Source: Cladosporium halotolerans (lineage: Eukaryota). From it: a stretch of DNA of 64,000 bases. The number at the start of each line of letters is the position of its first letter. Position 1 is the stretch's first letter. Where the stretch lies: the NCBI RefSeq assembly GCF_011745625.1, contig NW_027191456.1:682001-746000 (forward strand), read 5' to 3'. The notes beneath the pieces are model-generated. The model searched no databases and was not told the DNA's origin. It saw only the letters and a list, made by a program, of their open reading frames with translations. A program made the position numbers and the translations under genes. Of the stretch, positions 1 through 9,965 are shown piece after piece.

Positions 1-104
1 GGCGTCCGTGTCGTTCCACTGACCCTCTTTGACCTTACGAGGACCTGGGATCTAGACTCTCGATCATACAAACGCATCTATCCGATCGAACCGCCCCATT
101 CACA

Positions 105-1202
105 ATGGCGACTCCGACTAAGCGTCTGCATTGGACACAGCGCGTCGCGCTGATTCGAAGCAGCCTACATGCCGCCAGCCGAAGTGGTGACTTTACCTTC
201 TTCAAGAGCCTTCAGGCAGCTGGCATGCTAGAAGGCACCAATCATGTGGCCGTACTTTCAGCTCAGATGGGCGATGATGTCGACACACTGCTGGTAGCAA
301 TGGACAATTTGAATGCAGGTCTTGCCTACGTGCATCAAGACGCGTTTCAGAGGGTCTACGATGGCCTCAAGAAATCTACACGAGAAGAAGCCGATGGCGA
401 GACGACCTACGACAGCAGGAAAACGAAGCTTCATGTCGACATCACTATGCAATGCAACATCGCAGATCTCGCTATCGACAAGATGACCAACTCAGCCATC
501 TCCCTCATCAACGGTCAGTCGGAAACCTTCCAGGAGTCAGCGGCAAGTGTGTGGATCACAGGGGCCACAATCATTGCAGATTGCATTGAGGTTACACTAC
601 AGCAGATGCAGTCCTTAGAAACAAAGATGAACGACTTTATACGCATTGAGGACAGCCTCAACACAGTCAAGGCCTCCATTGTCGCTGCGGTCACTGGCCT
701 CAAAGGAGTATTTTGGCTCATGGACACCAACAGCCAACCCTCCTCTCCTGCCAGCTCTGTGGCTTCTACATCCCCGCTCAGCGCCAGCTTTGCTTCGGCA
801 GGGGCTGGAATGTTTAGGCGCCTGTCCAGTGCCTTCACCCCCAGCCCAAGCACCTCGCGGAGCTCGTCAATCACGTCGGTGGCGCTGAATGCCACCAAGG
901 CGCGAACGAACTCCATATCTGCTGGCTCTAGCAGTGCCCCGGTCTTACGGACGCCGAGCTACGGTCGCAATTCTATCTCGGGCGGCTGCCCAAATAGTAT
1001 GCCCCCGTCATTTCGCAGCAGCTTCGAGAACTTCCAAAGCCATCTGTCGCCCATTCCACCCACCCCTGCGCTGGACGACGACAAAGATCCATTTGACACT
1101 TCCGTCGCTCCACCCATGCCTAGAATGCCGACTCTCCCCAGTATGGTGGTACTGCCAAACACACCTCTCGGAGAGAACCAAGGCTTAGCAGGCATGGTAT
1201 GA
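105..1202 (+). CDS. Hypothetical protein, 365 aa (helical N-terminal domain, Ser/Pro-rich tail)
   Basis: Long ORF with CACA-ATG start context; no family recognised. Confidence 0.75.
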   Translation: MATPTKRLHWTQRVALIRSSLHAASRSGDFTFFKSLQAAGMLEGTNHVAVLSAQMGDDVDTLLVAMDNLNAGLAYVHQDAFQRVYDGLKKSTREEADGETTYDSRKTKLHVDITMQCNIADLAIDKMTNSAISLINGQSETFQESAASVWITGATIIADCIEVTLQQMQSLETKMNDFIRIEDSLNTVKASIVAAVTGLKGVFWLMDTNSQPSSPASSVASTSPLSASFASAGAGMFRRLSSAFTPSPSTSRSSSITSVALNATKARTNSISAGSSSAPVLRTPSYGRNSISGGCPNSMPPSFRSSFENFQSHLSPIPPTPALDDDKDPFDTSVAPPMPRMPTLPSMVVLPNTPLGENQGLAGMV

Positions 1203-1357
1203 TGGAGTGACTTACGCCCCATCCTCATTCTTTGAATAACGAGCTATGTGTGCTAGAGATATTCCCTTGTTGTTTCTGCTGTCTGCTGCGAGATATGCCT
1301 TCTTTATTTGACACTGTCTTTCATGCCTGTACGATAACGAAGATGGTAATTGATCAC

Positions 1358-2125
1358 TTAGAAACGTTCTGCTTCCACGGCTCTCCAGATCGAATCACCT
1401 TTTCCACCATACCCCACCTTCGTCTCCTTGCCAACAAGATCCCCTAGCATATTCAACACCTCGCATGGAATGGACATAGTCCCCATCACGTACTTCCTCT
1501 GCCACCCCGAGTCCCCGCTCCACTCCCAGCTCTCAAGCCCAAATTCATCCCCCACCCTCGCAACTCCCTGACAGCGCTGCCCAACTCTCACAATCATCCC
1601 CCGCGAGCCCACCTCCGCATTCTCATGCTTCAATACAACACTCACCCTCCCCTCACCCCCTTTCCCCAGCCCCTCAACCCACACCCCATCCCTCCTCAAC
1701 CCTTCCAAAACCCCCTCAACAGCCCCCTCTCCCACCTTTCCCGTCACCTCAGCCTCAACCTCCCTCCACCCCTCCACATACTCCCCCTCCAGCCCCGTAG
1801 CCGGATTGACCATAACGCCCTTCTCCAACTCCACTCCCTCCTCACCCCCTTCCACCATCTCGCCCTTGTCCACAACGCTCTCTGCCTCGCGCGTCCTCGA
1901 GTCCACCCAGTGCTGCCACTGCGCGTGCGCGCCGGAGCGCGAGGACACGCCGGCGAACGCCCAGTCGAGGTCTGAAGGGGAGATTTGGGAGGTGGGGGCG
2001 GTTTTGAGGACCCGGATGTCGACGAAGTGGTGTTGCGTGGAGGTTAGGACGGTTGTATGGGTTGGTTCGGAAGGGGGGAAAGGGGGGAATTGGATGAAGG
2101 CGCGGGTGGAGATAGAAGGGGGCAT
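1358..2125 (-). CDS. HRI1: HRI1-family protein
   Basis: Family motifs SISTR..., EPT-TxVLTS...FVDIR, LDWAFAG, WQHWVDSR, LEKGVMVNPATG...YVEGW. Confidence 0.8.
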   Translation of the reverse strand: MPPSISTRAFIQFPPFPPSEPTHTTVLTSTQHHFVDIRVLKTAPTSQISPSDLDWAFAGVSSRSGAHAQWQHWVDSRTREAESVVDKGEMVEGGEEGVELEKGVMVNPATGLEGEYVEGWREVEAEVTGKVGEGAVEGVLEGLRRDGVWVEGLGKGGEGRVSVVLKHENAEVGSRGMIVRVGQRCQGVARVGDEFGLESWEWSGDSGWQRKYVMGTMSIPCEVLNMLGDLVGKETKVGYGGKGDSIWRAVEAERF

Positions 2126-2719
2126 TGTCTTTGGAAGGGTGCTTGGGAATGTTGGAGATGGGTCGGTATGTTGTCGTTCGATGGCTGAGGGGCCGATGGT
2201 CGTGGCGATGGAGTGTGCTTGTCTTGAGTCGGTAGGAGTGAATGGTGGAGGTGTGCTTTTATGTTTAATGACGGCAGCAGTGTTGTGATCGGTTGATATG
2301 TGACCAGTGGACAGTGCCAGACGATTATATTTGTTATCTGTTCCTGGGAGTCATTGTTGTGGGCCACCTACGGTTCTGAGGTGGGATGTTCGTCGACCAA
2401 AGCGGGCGTGGCGTCTCCACTCTGGGTGGCCAGGGCAAGCAGCATGACCAAACCTACGATTCCGAGGAAAGACGAACTGATCGCAAGCTCTGTCTCGAGT
2501 AAAGCACCGATAGACGTCTTCAAGACAAGGCTTCGGACGTCAAATTGCGAACTCTGAAACATGTCCAAGGTATTGAGTTGAACGAGCTGAGTAAATCAAC
2601 CATGAATTCTTTTGAGCATTCTCTATCTACCCGATCGATGCGCTATGCTTCGCTCAACAAACCGCGTCCGACAAGCGTAAAAGTCGTGCACTCCGTTAAA
2701 GCCGTTTGAGCACCTGCGA

Positions 2720-3733
2720 TCAAGCACCGGCCTTCATAGCCTCCAGCTTACCGCTGCCCCTGCTGCTGAAAATGGCCATAATGCCAAAGCCCACGTAGAA
2801 CAGCGCCAGAGGATACGCGACGAGCCCTCTCATATCCGTCATGCGACCGACGCTGCAGAACATGCCCGAGCTCGAGTACGTGCACCACGCGATCGCGAGG
2901 CTCACGAGGCAGTAGCCGAAGAAAGAGTCCAGGGGCAGCACCACGCCGATGAGGGATGCGATTACGAGCGGAAGGAGGCAGTAGCCCAGCACGGAGCTTG
3001 AGCGGCCGATCGTGAGGGTCGATGAGAGGTTGGAGGAGCCGTAGCCGCCGTGGGCGTCGGCTTGTGCTTGGTTCACTTCTTCGCGGGTGAGAGCCGGGGA
3101 CATCATGGAAAAGATGAAGTTGAGGCTGATGGCGCCGAGGATGGCGAGGCCGCAGACGTAGCCGAACCAGAGCTTGCCGGACTGGGACGATGTAAGCAAT
3201 TCGATCGTTTGGCTTGAGCCTGCGGGCACTTACCAGCAGGAGGAATGTTCCGAACAGAGCGCAGAAGAGGAACGGACCTGCCAGGTCCGAGTCGTCCATG
3301 ATATGCTGATCTATCCTCGCAACTGGGTTGAGGACGGCAAGTGTCTACCCGGTATAGTCAGCTCATTGATCTTTTTTTGACCCTCCAGATGAACCAATCT
3401 TACCTTCGTCTGAATGTGATTGAAGTTCACACCAAGCTCTTCAAGCAACGGCGGCTCGCCCTCATATCCTTCTGTCCCGAATGCTGCTATCCATCCTGTC
3501 CTAAGCCCACTCTGACCTGTGCCCATCTGCCCCGTCGCGCCAGGTTGTCCAGGAAATGCGCCAAAGCCATAGTTCGAGGCGTAGGCGTTACTTTGAGATG
3601 CGCCGCCGTATGCCGCTTGGAAGGGTGTGCTGTGCCCTGATACAGGCTGTGTCGAGTACGAGGACTGGTAGAAGTTGAGGTTGTTCTGGGCAGAGTATGC
3701 GCTTTGGTCGGGCTGGTATCCGTAGGAGGCCAT
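2720..3733 (-). CDS. YIP1: Yip1-domain Golgi/ER trafficking protein; exons 3733-3404, 3344-3234, 3181-2720
   Basis: EPPLLEELGVNFNHI, MDDSDLAGP and SVLGYCLLPLV motifs; two GTAAG..AG introns (3403-3345, 3233-3182) join the three ORF pieces in frame. Confidence 0.92.
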
Positions 3734-4028
3734 GGTGGCCTAGTGCGAAACAGGGTTCGGTGGGAGCTTTCTCGAGACGACGTCGTGGAGTCGTATTAGA
3801 TCAGAGTCTGTGATATTGAAAGAGCCAGAATCAGACAAGTTGCTTTTGGTGAAATGCGCTTAATGCGAGTGAAGCGATCGGTGTGATTGGAAAGCTGTCA
3901 AATGCTCGTTGTGAGGTGGAAACGCTCACCGCAGCCACGCTTTGCGGAACCTCTCCGCTTGATGCCCCTGCCCCTCACATCTGCTATTGTCCAGGTACAT
4001 CTGATAACTCACTTGATTAGAGTGGATG

Positions 4029-4159
4029 ATTGTGCCTACTGTATATCCAACGTATGAAAGTATGTCATTCAATGACTGCCATGCGAGCCAAATTGTCGCA
4101 CAGATGAAATCAAGTCGCAGCAAACCACTCATCCTATGTAGTCTTCGCTAGATACATAT
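4029..4159 (+). ncRNA. Candidate box H/ACA snoRNA within a putative intron (3995-4216) of a non-coding host
   Basis: Hairpin 1 (TGTGC/GCACA, CGTATG/CATGCG, GTCAT/ATGAC), H box AGATGA 4102-4107, a weaker hairpin 2, ACA at 4154-4156; flanked by GTACAT donor and GCTAAC..CAG acceptor; target not identified. Confidence 0.45.
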
Positions 4160-4575
4160 ATACCTTGCACAACTGCATGCAATACGAACGGGTACCTGGA
4201 CCGGCTAACGCCGCAGCCTGACAAGCCATTTACGAAGTGAATGCGGGTATGCGCCTTTTCCCCACTCGATGAATCGATAAAGATGTCAATTTAAGAAGGT
4301 GCCCACTATGAGATTTGAAGACATTCGGCGGCGTTTCTTGTTGAGGGAACAAGCCAACGATGCTCGCACAAGGTACCAGGCTAACAGGCAGCCATAGAGG
4401 CGGAAAACGCAGCGGAGAAAAAGGTGAACAGAGTGAGCTTGCGCCAATCCTAAAGCACGACGCGTGCAATCTCGCCAAATCAAAAGGCGTTCCTTAAAGA
4501 AAGCAGTGTGAAAGGCCGGCCATAGTTTGGGGGGACTTCACGGAAGGTGGAGAGACAGCACGTGGAGCCGAGTGC

Positions 4576-4592
4576 CGGCGCATCTGTGACCG
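4576..4592 (+). promoter_or_regulatory. CGG-N11-CCG Zn2Cys6 (Gal4-type) site with neighbouring SYGGRG CreA-type sites upstream of galactokinase
   Basis: CGG cgcatctgtga CCG about 210 bp upstream of the ATG; GTGGAG at 4562 and GTGGGG at 4601. Confidence 0.3.
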
Positions 4593-4801
4593 CGGCACAT
4601 GTGGGGTGCCTCCAGCCTTGGAGGGGTATCAACTACTTTACCACCACCGCACCTTTTTCGCGTACACTTGCGCAGACCTCTTCCCGCTCCTGATTCTCTC
4701 CCGTTACCTTCACTCGACTCGTCAGAATACTGCGATCGAAAAATCATCCACCTCTCTCAATCCATAAGAACTTCCAAGCTTGCGAGGCTCGCATCGACAC
4801 C

Positions 4802-6433
4802 ATGGCCGTGCCGACCAAGACCACGCTCGCCGAGATCTACCCAGAGGACGCTCTGCAGGCACAGACAACAAGATGGAACAAGCTGCTATCGACTTTCAAA
4901 GACACATACGGCAAATCTGCGGACTTTGTCAGCAGAAGTCCAGGCAGAGTGAACATCATTGGCGAGGTGAGTGCTCGCGTGCCGATCTTACACATTTTCC
5001 TGAGCTTGGACTGACCGTGTCCTCAGCACATTGATTACTCTCTCTATGAAGTCCTCCCTATGGCCGTCACGGCTGATGTCCTCCTCGCCGTTTCCGTCAA
5101 GCCGAAATCCTCTGGCCCCAGCACCATCCGCCTCACAAACGTCAACCCCCAAAAGTTCAAGAGCACAGAGTTCGAGGTTCCCGAGTCGGGAGATGTAGAG
5201 ATCGACTCTTCTACGTTGGAATGGTCCAACTACTTCAAGTCAGGTCTCCTTGGTGCGACCAAGCTCCTCAGGCAAAAGCAGAAAGAATTCAAGCAAAGCG
5301 TAGGCATGGATATTCTGGCAGATGGCAACGTACCTTCTGGTGGCGGACTGTCGAGCTCGGCCGCTTTCGTCTGTGCCTCATCTCTGGCGGTGATGAAGGC
5401 GAATGGTGAGGACAAGATTGACAAGAAGGAGCTGGTCGAGGTTGCGATCGTCTCTGAGCGATCGGTCGGTGTCAACTCTGGCGGTATGGACCAGGCCGCT
5501 TCCGTCTTCCCCTTGCAAGGCCAAGCTCTGTACGTGAGCTTCGTCCCCGAACTTTCTGCGAAGAATGTCTCTTTCCCCGAACTCTCTACGCCCTTGACCT
5601 TCGTCATCGCACAATCCTTCGTCGCGGCAGACAAGCACACCACAGGCCCAGTGTGCTACAACCTCCGCGTCGTCGAATGCACCCTCGCAGCGCTCGTTCT
5701 CAGCAAGATCTTCGGCCTCAAGGAGCTCCCCTCCGACGCCGGCCCTCTGGGCAAGTCCCTCCGCGGATTCCACGACGCCTACTTCCAGCAGAAAGAAGGC
5801 GTCGCAGACAACCACTCCGTCGGCGCCGAGACGTTCCAGCAGCAGCTGCAAGACCTCGTCGCCAAGGTCGACCAGTACCTCCCGCAGGAGGAGGGCTACA
5901 CCCGCGAGCAGATCAGCCAGATCACCGGCATCTCCATCCCCCAGCTCGAGCAGGACTACATGACCAAGTTCCCCGTGCGCGGCGAGCGCTTCCGCCTGCG
6001 CCAGCGCGCCCTGCACGTCTTCGGCGAGGCCATCCGCGTGCTCAAGTTCATGGACCTGCTCGACTCGCCGCCCGCGCAGACCGAGGAGGACTCGAAGAAG
6101 CTGCTGCAGGACCTCGGCGCGCTGCTCAACGAGACGCAGGACTCTTGTCGTGAGATCTACGAGTGCTCGTGTCCGGAGATCGACGAGCTGTGCTCGCTGG
6201 CTCGCTCCGCGGGCGCCTACGGAAGCCGGTTGACAGGTGCTGGCTGGGGTGGCTGCTCGGTGCACCTTGTGCCTTCGGAAAAGGTGGATGCTGTTAAGGA
6301 GAAGTGGACGGCGGAGTACTACAAGAAGAGGTTCCCTGATATCTCGGAGGAGAAGCTGAGCGAGGCGATCGTCGTCAGCAAGCCTGGTAGCGGAGGCTGT
6401 GTTTTTGAGGTCAATGGACGGGACAGCCTCTAA
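4802..6433 (+). CDS. GAL1: Galactokinase; exons 4802-4966, 5027-6433
   Basis: RSPGRVNIIGE|HIDY joined by intron GTGAGT..CTGAC..CAG; GHMP motif PSGGGLSSSAA, GGMDQ, GSRLTGAGWGGC. Confidence 0.97.
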
Positions 6434-7029
6434 GGGACTAAAGGAAAGCATGCATGATACACTAGCATAGGCACGAGCGCAATGACTTCATTATCGAACG
6501 TAACCATCTTGGCAATTTTTTTGACAACCTTTGTCAAGAAATAACTATACCCTTACGTAGATATGGTTCTTGATGCCTCAAATGCCGATCTGGACTTCAT
6601 ACAACGACTTGTCTTTCCAATTCACTAACAAAGCCCGGAACTAGCGCGAAAGCCGCGTCGGCCAATCAGTGCACGCATAGACCTGAGCCGACTGCCTCAT
6701 TCACGTGCCCGGGACGTTCCAATGACTGCTCGACATAGATGGCGCGATTATGGCTTGTTACACAAGATTACAAAATAGCAGGGAGACAACTCGCCAATTA
6801 ACGATCGCAATTCTCTGATGCCATTGCTCAACACCTTGACGTATGAATATTTCTGGGTTTCGTACCTAGGTAGTACTACTACGAGTTCGTACATTACTTA
6901 TGTTGTAGGCTCTCCGGGTAGGAATCTGGCTTTGATAGTCTACAACAAAAGAAGGCAGATGGTTTGAACGGCCAATCTATCGTAACGCCTCATAGGCCTC
7001 AAAGTCCGAACGACCACTGTGTGTCGATT

Positions 7030-8415
7030 CTATTTGATTTCCGACCACCCCTTGTCCTCCTTCCCTCCCTCAGCCATAACGCTGCTTCCCGATTGCTCAC
7101 CACGCGCAACAGCTTCCAAGCAAGCCTCACCAAAGATTCTAACAAACGCCTCCACGTCCTCGAAAGTATTGTACAGCGGGGCCGGCGCCACTCTAATCAC
7201 ATCCGGCTTGCGCTCGTCAACCACCACACCCTCCTCCTCCAACCGCTGCAACACTGCATCCAACAACCCGGGATTCAGCTGCACGCTCAGCTGCGCGCCC
7301 CTCTCCTCCACCCTCCGCGGCGTAATAATCCTATAGCACCCACTCGCCCTACTCGCCAACAACCCCTCCTCCAACCTCCCCGTCAACCTCAAACTCCTCT
7401 CCCTCAGCGCCCCCATCGACGTCCGCTTAAAAACGTCCAAACTCGCCCTCAGCGCCGTCGTATCCGCCACGCTCGGGTTGCTCAGCTGGAAGCCTCCCGC
7501 GCCCGCAATCGGCTCGAAGGCATTCGTCATCGCGAACCGCGAGCTCTTGCTCGAGCCCCACCAGCCCGCGAGCCGCGGGCGCTCGAAGTGCGCGTCCCGC
7601 ACGAAGCACCCGCCGATCGACCCGGGCCCGCTGTTGAGGTACTTGTACGAGCACCAGACGGCGAAGTCGACGTTCCAGGCGTGGAGTTGCAGGGGCACGT
7701 TGCCGGCGGCGTGCGCGAGGTCCCAGCCCACGAGGATGCCGTGGGCTTGCGCGTGGGCTGTTATGCGCGGGATGTCGAGGAGCTGGCCGGTGTAGAACTG
7801 GATGCCGGGGAGGAGGAGGAGGGCGGTGCTGGAGGCGTGGGCGTCGATGGTGGCGAGGATGTGGTCGGTGGGGAGCAGGGGGGAGGAGGAGGGGTTGGGG
7901 GGTTCGATGAGGACCATGGCGTTGGAGGGGGAGAGGCTGTGGTGTTTGATTTGGGATTCAACGGCGTAGTGGTCGGAGGGGAAGGCTTTGCCTTCGAGGA
8001 TGATTTTGTAGCGCAATGAGTCTGGGCGGTAGAAGGAGGCAAGCATCAAGTGGAGGTTGGCTGTGAGCGTCTGCATGACTGCAACTTCGGACTCTTTGGC
8101 GCCGACGATTTGGGCCATTTGGGGGACAACATCATCGTCGACGTGTAGCCAAGGGACGAGTTCGCTGTCTGATATGTCGGTGAAGTGACCGAACACACCC
8201 TTTGTAGCCCAGGTGTCCAGATATTGTTGCATGTATGTCTGAGTCAGAGTTGGCTGAAGTCCGAGAGAGTTGCCGCAAAGGTATGTGCTGGGCTCATCGT
8301 CGTCGTCTTTCTTGGTAGAGTTCGAGGATCGAGAATTGGCTTTTCGTCGAAGGTCGCCTTTGGTCGGAATCCTAAACATGTGCCTAAAGTTTACATCTTC
8401 GCTTGCCTGAGCCAT
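7030..8415 (-). CDS. BNA5: Kynureninase (PLP-dependent, NAD biosynthesis)
   Basis: [39 protein letters not shown] motifs; first ATG at 8415. Confidence 0.95.
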   Translation of the reverse strand: MAQASEDVNFRHMFRIPTKGDLRRKANSRSSNSTKKDDDDEPSTYLCGNSLGLQPTLTQTYMQQYLDTWATKGVFGHFTDISDSELVPWLHVDDDVVPQMAQIVGAKESEVAVMQTLTANLHLMLASFYRPDSLRYKIILEGKAFPSDHYAVESQIKHHSLSPSNAMVLIEPPNPSSSPLLPTDHILATIDAHASSTALLLLPGIQFYTGQLLDIPRITAHAQAHGILVGWDLAHAAGNVPLQLHAWNVDFAVWCSYKYLNSGPGSIGGCFVRDAHFERPRLAGWWGSSKSSRFAMTNAFEPIAGAGGFQLSNPSVADTTALRASLDVFKRTSMGALRERSLRLTGRLEEGLLASRASGCYRIITPRRVEERGAQLSVQLNPGLLDAVLQRLEEEGVVVDERKPDVIRVAPAPLYNTFEDVEAFVRIFGEACLEAVARGEQSGSSVMAEGGKEDKGWSEIK

Positions 8416-8757
8416 CTTGATAGTCAATTGCTCGCACTTTGGATTCCAGGTCGGAGGACGAAATAGTTTGAAAGCGTGCGCAATATATGAACAAAGTGCT
8501 ACGTTGCGTCACGCTTTAATGTTGTAAGGTACGCTGTAAAGTCGATGTCGCAAATAATGCAATTGACATTTACAAGAAAGTTTAGCCCGAATAGGAAGGA
8601 ACCGGCAAGGTGGCGTGGCGTAAGTGACGTTCAACTCGGCTCAGCGGGATCTGCTGCCGCCGCTCGCCGCTGGCCGCATTACCAATCCAGAGGCAAGACA
8701 AAGCACCTTGCGGACACTCAGAACCCCAGCGTAACCACCACTCACCAGCGATCCACG

Positions 8758-9411
8758 ATGAATGTTTCGAGCAAATGCCTGAGGTCGTCTGCCATGCGCC
8801 AGACTGTGCACAAGGCGAGGGTACCCGCAACAGCGTTCCGGAGCTTCAGCACAACGAAAGCACCAGCTCAGCAAGCACTCTTCCTCGACTTCCTCGCACC
8901 TTCATGGCAGACTCAGAAGCCGGTCCGCTCGAGCCTACAAACCTTCAGGAGAGATCTTGTGCCTCGGGAGCAACGCCGCGCGCTTTCCGCTTCCGCCTGT
9001 AGGCAGGCGAAAGCCATCACGAATCCACGCAAAGACGAGGATGGCAACGAGTTGACCATCACCATTACGCCGCGCGCCTCCCACAGGCTGAAAGCTATTG
9101 CTGAGAAGGATGCGAACCCGAATCTGGCGCTGCGCGTGGCCGTGGAGTCGGGCGGCTGTCATGGCTTTCAGTATCTCATGAGCTTGATCGACGTGAAAGA
9201 GGTCGATGCAGAGGAAGACACTGTGTTTGAGAACGAGGAGGGTGAAGGATACCGGCCGAAGGTGGTGATGGACGAGCCGAGCTTGGATTTGCTCAAGGGC
9301 AGCAGCGTCGATTACACGATGGAATTGATTGGCAGCCAGTTCAAGGTGACGGGCATCCCTGGAGCGCAGAGCAGTTGCGGCTGTGGAACAAGCTTCGACA
9401 TCGCGCAGTAA
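8758..9411 (+). CDS. ISA2: Mitochondrial iron-sulfur cluster assembly A-type carrier (HesB/IscA family)
   Basis: VESGGCHGFQY and CGCGTSF motifs; Arg/Ser-rich presequence from ATG 8758 (ORF is open from 8545). Confidence 0.9.
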   Translation: MNVSSKCLRSSAMRQTVHKARVPATAFRSFSTTKAPAQQALFLDFLAPSWQTQKPVRSSLQTFRRDLVPREQRRALSASACRQAKAITNPRKDEDGNELTITITPRASHRLKAIAEKDANPNLALRVAVESGGCHGFQYLMSLIDVKEVDAEEDTVFENEEGEGYRPKVVMDEPSLDLLKGSSVDYTMELIGSQFKVTGIPGAQSSCGCGTSFDIAQ

Positions 9412-9965
9412 GCCTAAAGGCGAGCATTGAAGCCGTGTTGGAATGAGGTCGGGATACCATTTTTTGGAGCATGAGGCGGACAAGGGTTCTTTCTGAGCAA
9501 GGCGTTTGCGGGTTCGGGACATCTATTCTCATATACCATAAGCGATTCGTCATCTGATCGCATCTATGATTGTATATTGAATCGTTTGCTAGCTACGAAT
9601 GACCTGTAGGCCTCGCATGATGTTCATTGCGTGAATCGACGGTGTAGATGAAGCATGTCTGATGCGCAAGCGCCTCGGACTCCTAGTGCCCTGTCCAAAA
9701 GCCGCGATCCTGCAATAGTGCCGGCCGGAGTGGATGGCGGGACTCTTCCTTACAATTTGGCCGGGCCCTGGGGCGACGGCTCCCACCGTCGCCCCCGCCT
9801 GCTGCTCTAGCTGCCCCACCAAAACAAGCCTCGCGACCAACATTTTGGCCGTTCGTCTACCACCTGTTGATCTGGCGGTGACGTCCACCTCTTCTTCACT
9901 CACCTTCCACTTTCTTCACTTTCCTCCTTCTTCACAACTTGATACCCACTTCTAGCATTGCAATC

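Noticed and set aside
9614..9667. ATGATGT..CTGA with a CGCAT/ATGCG stem
   Set aside because: Only ~54 nt and no recognisable rRNA antisense element
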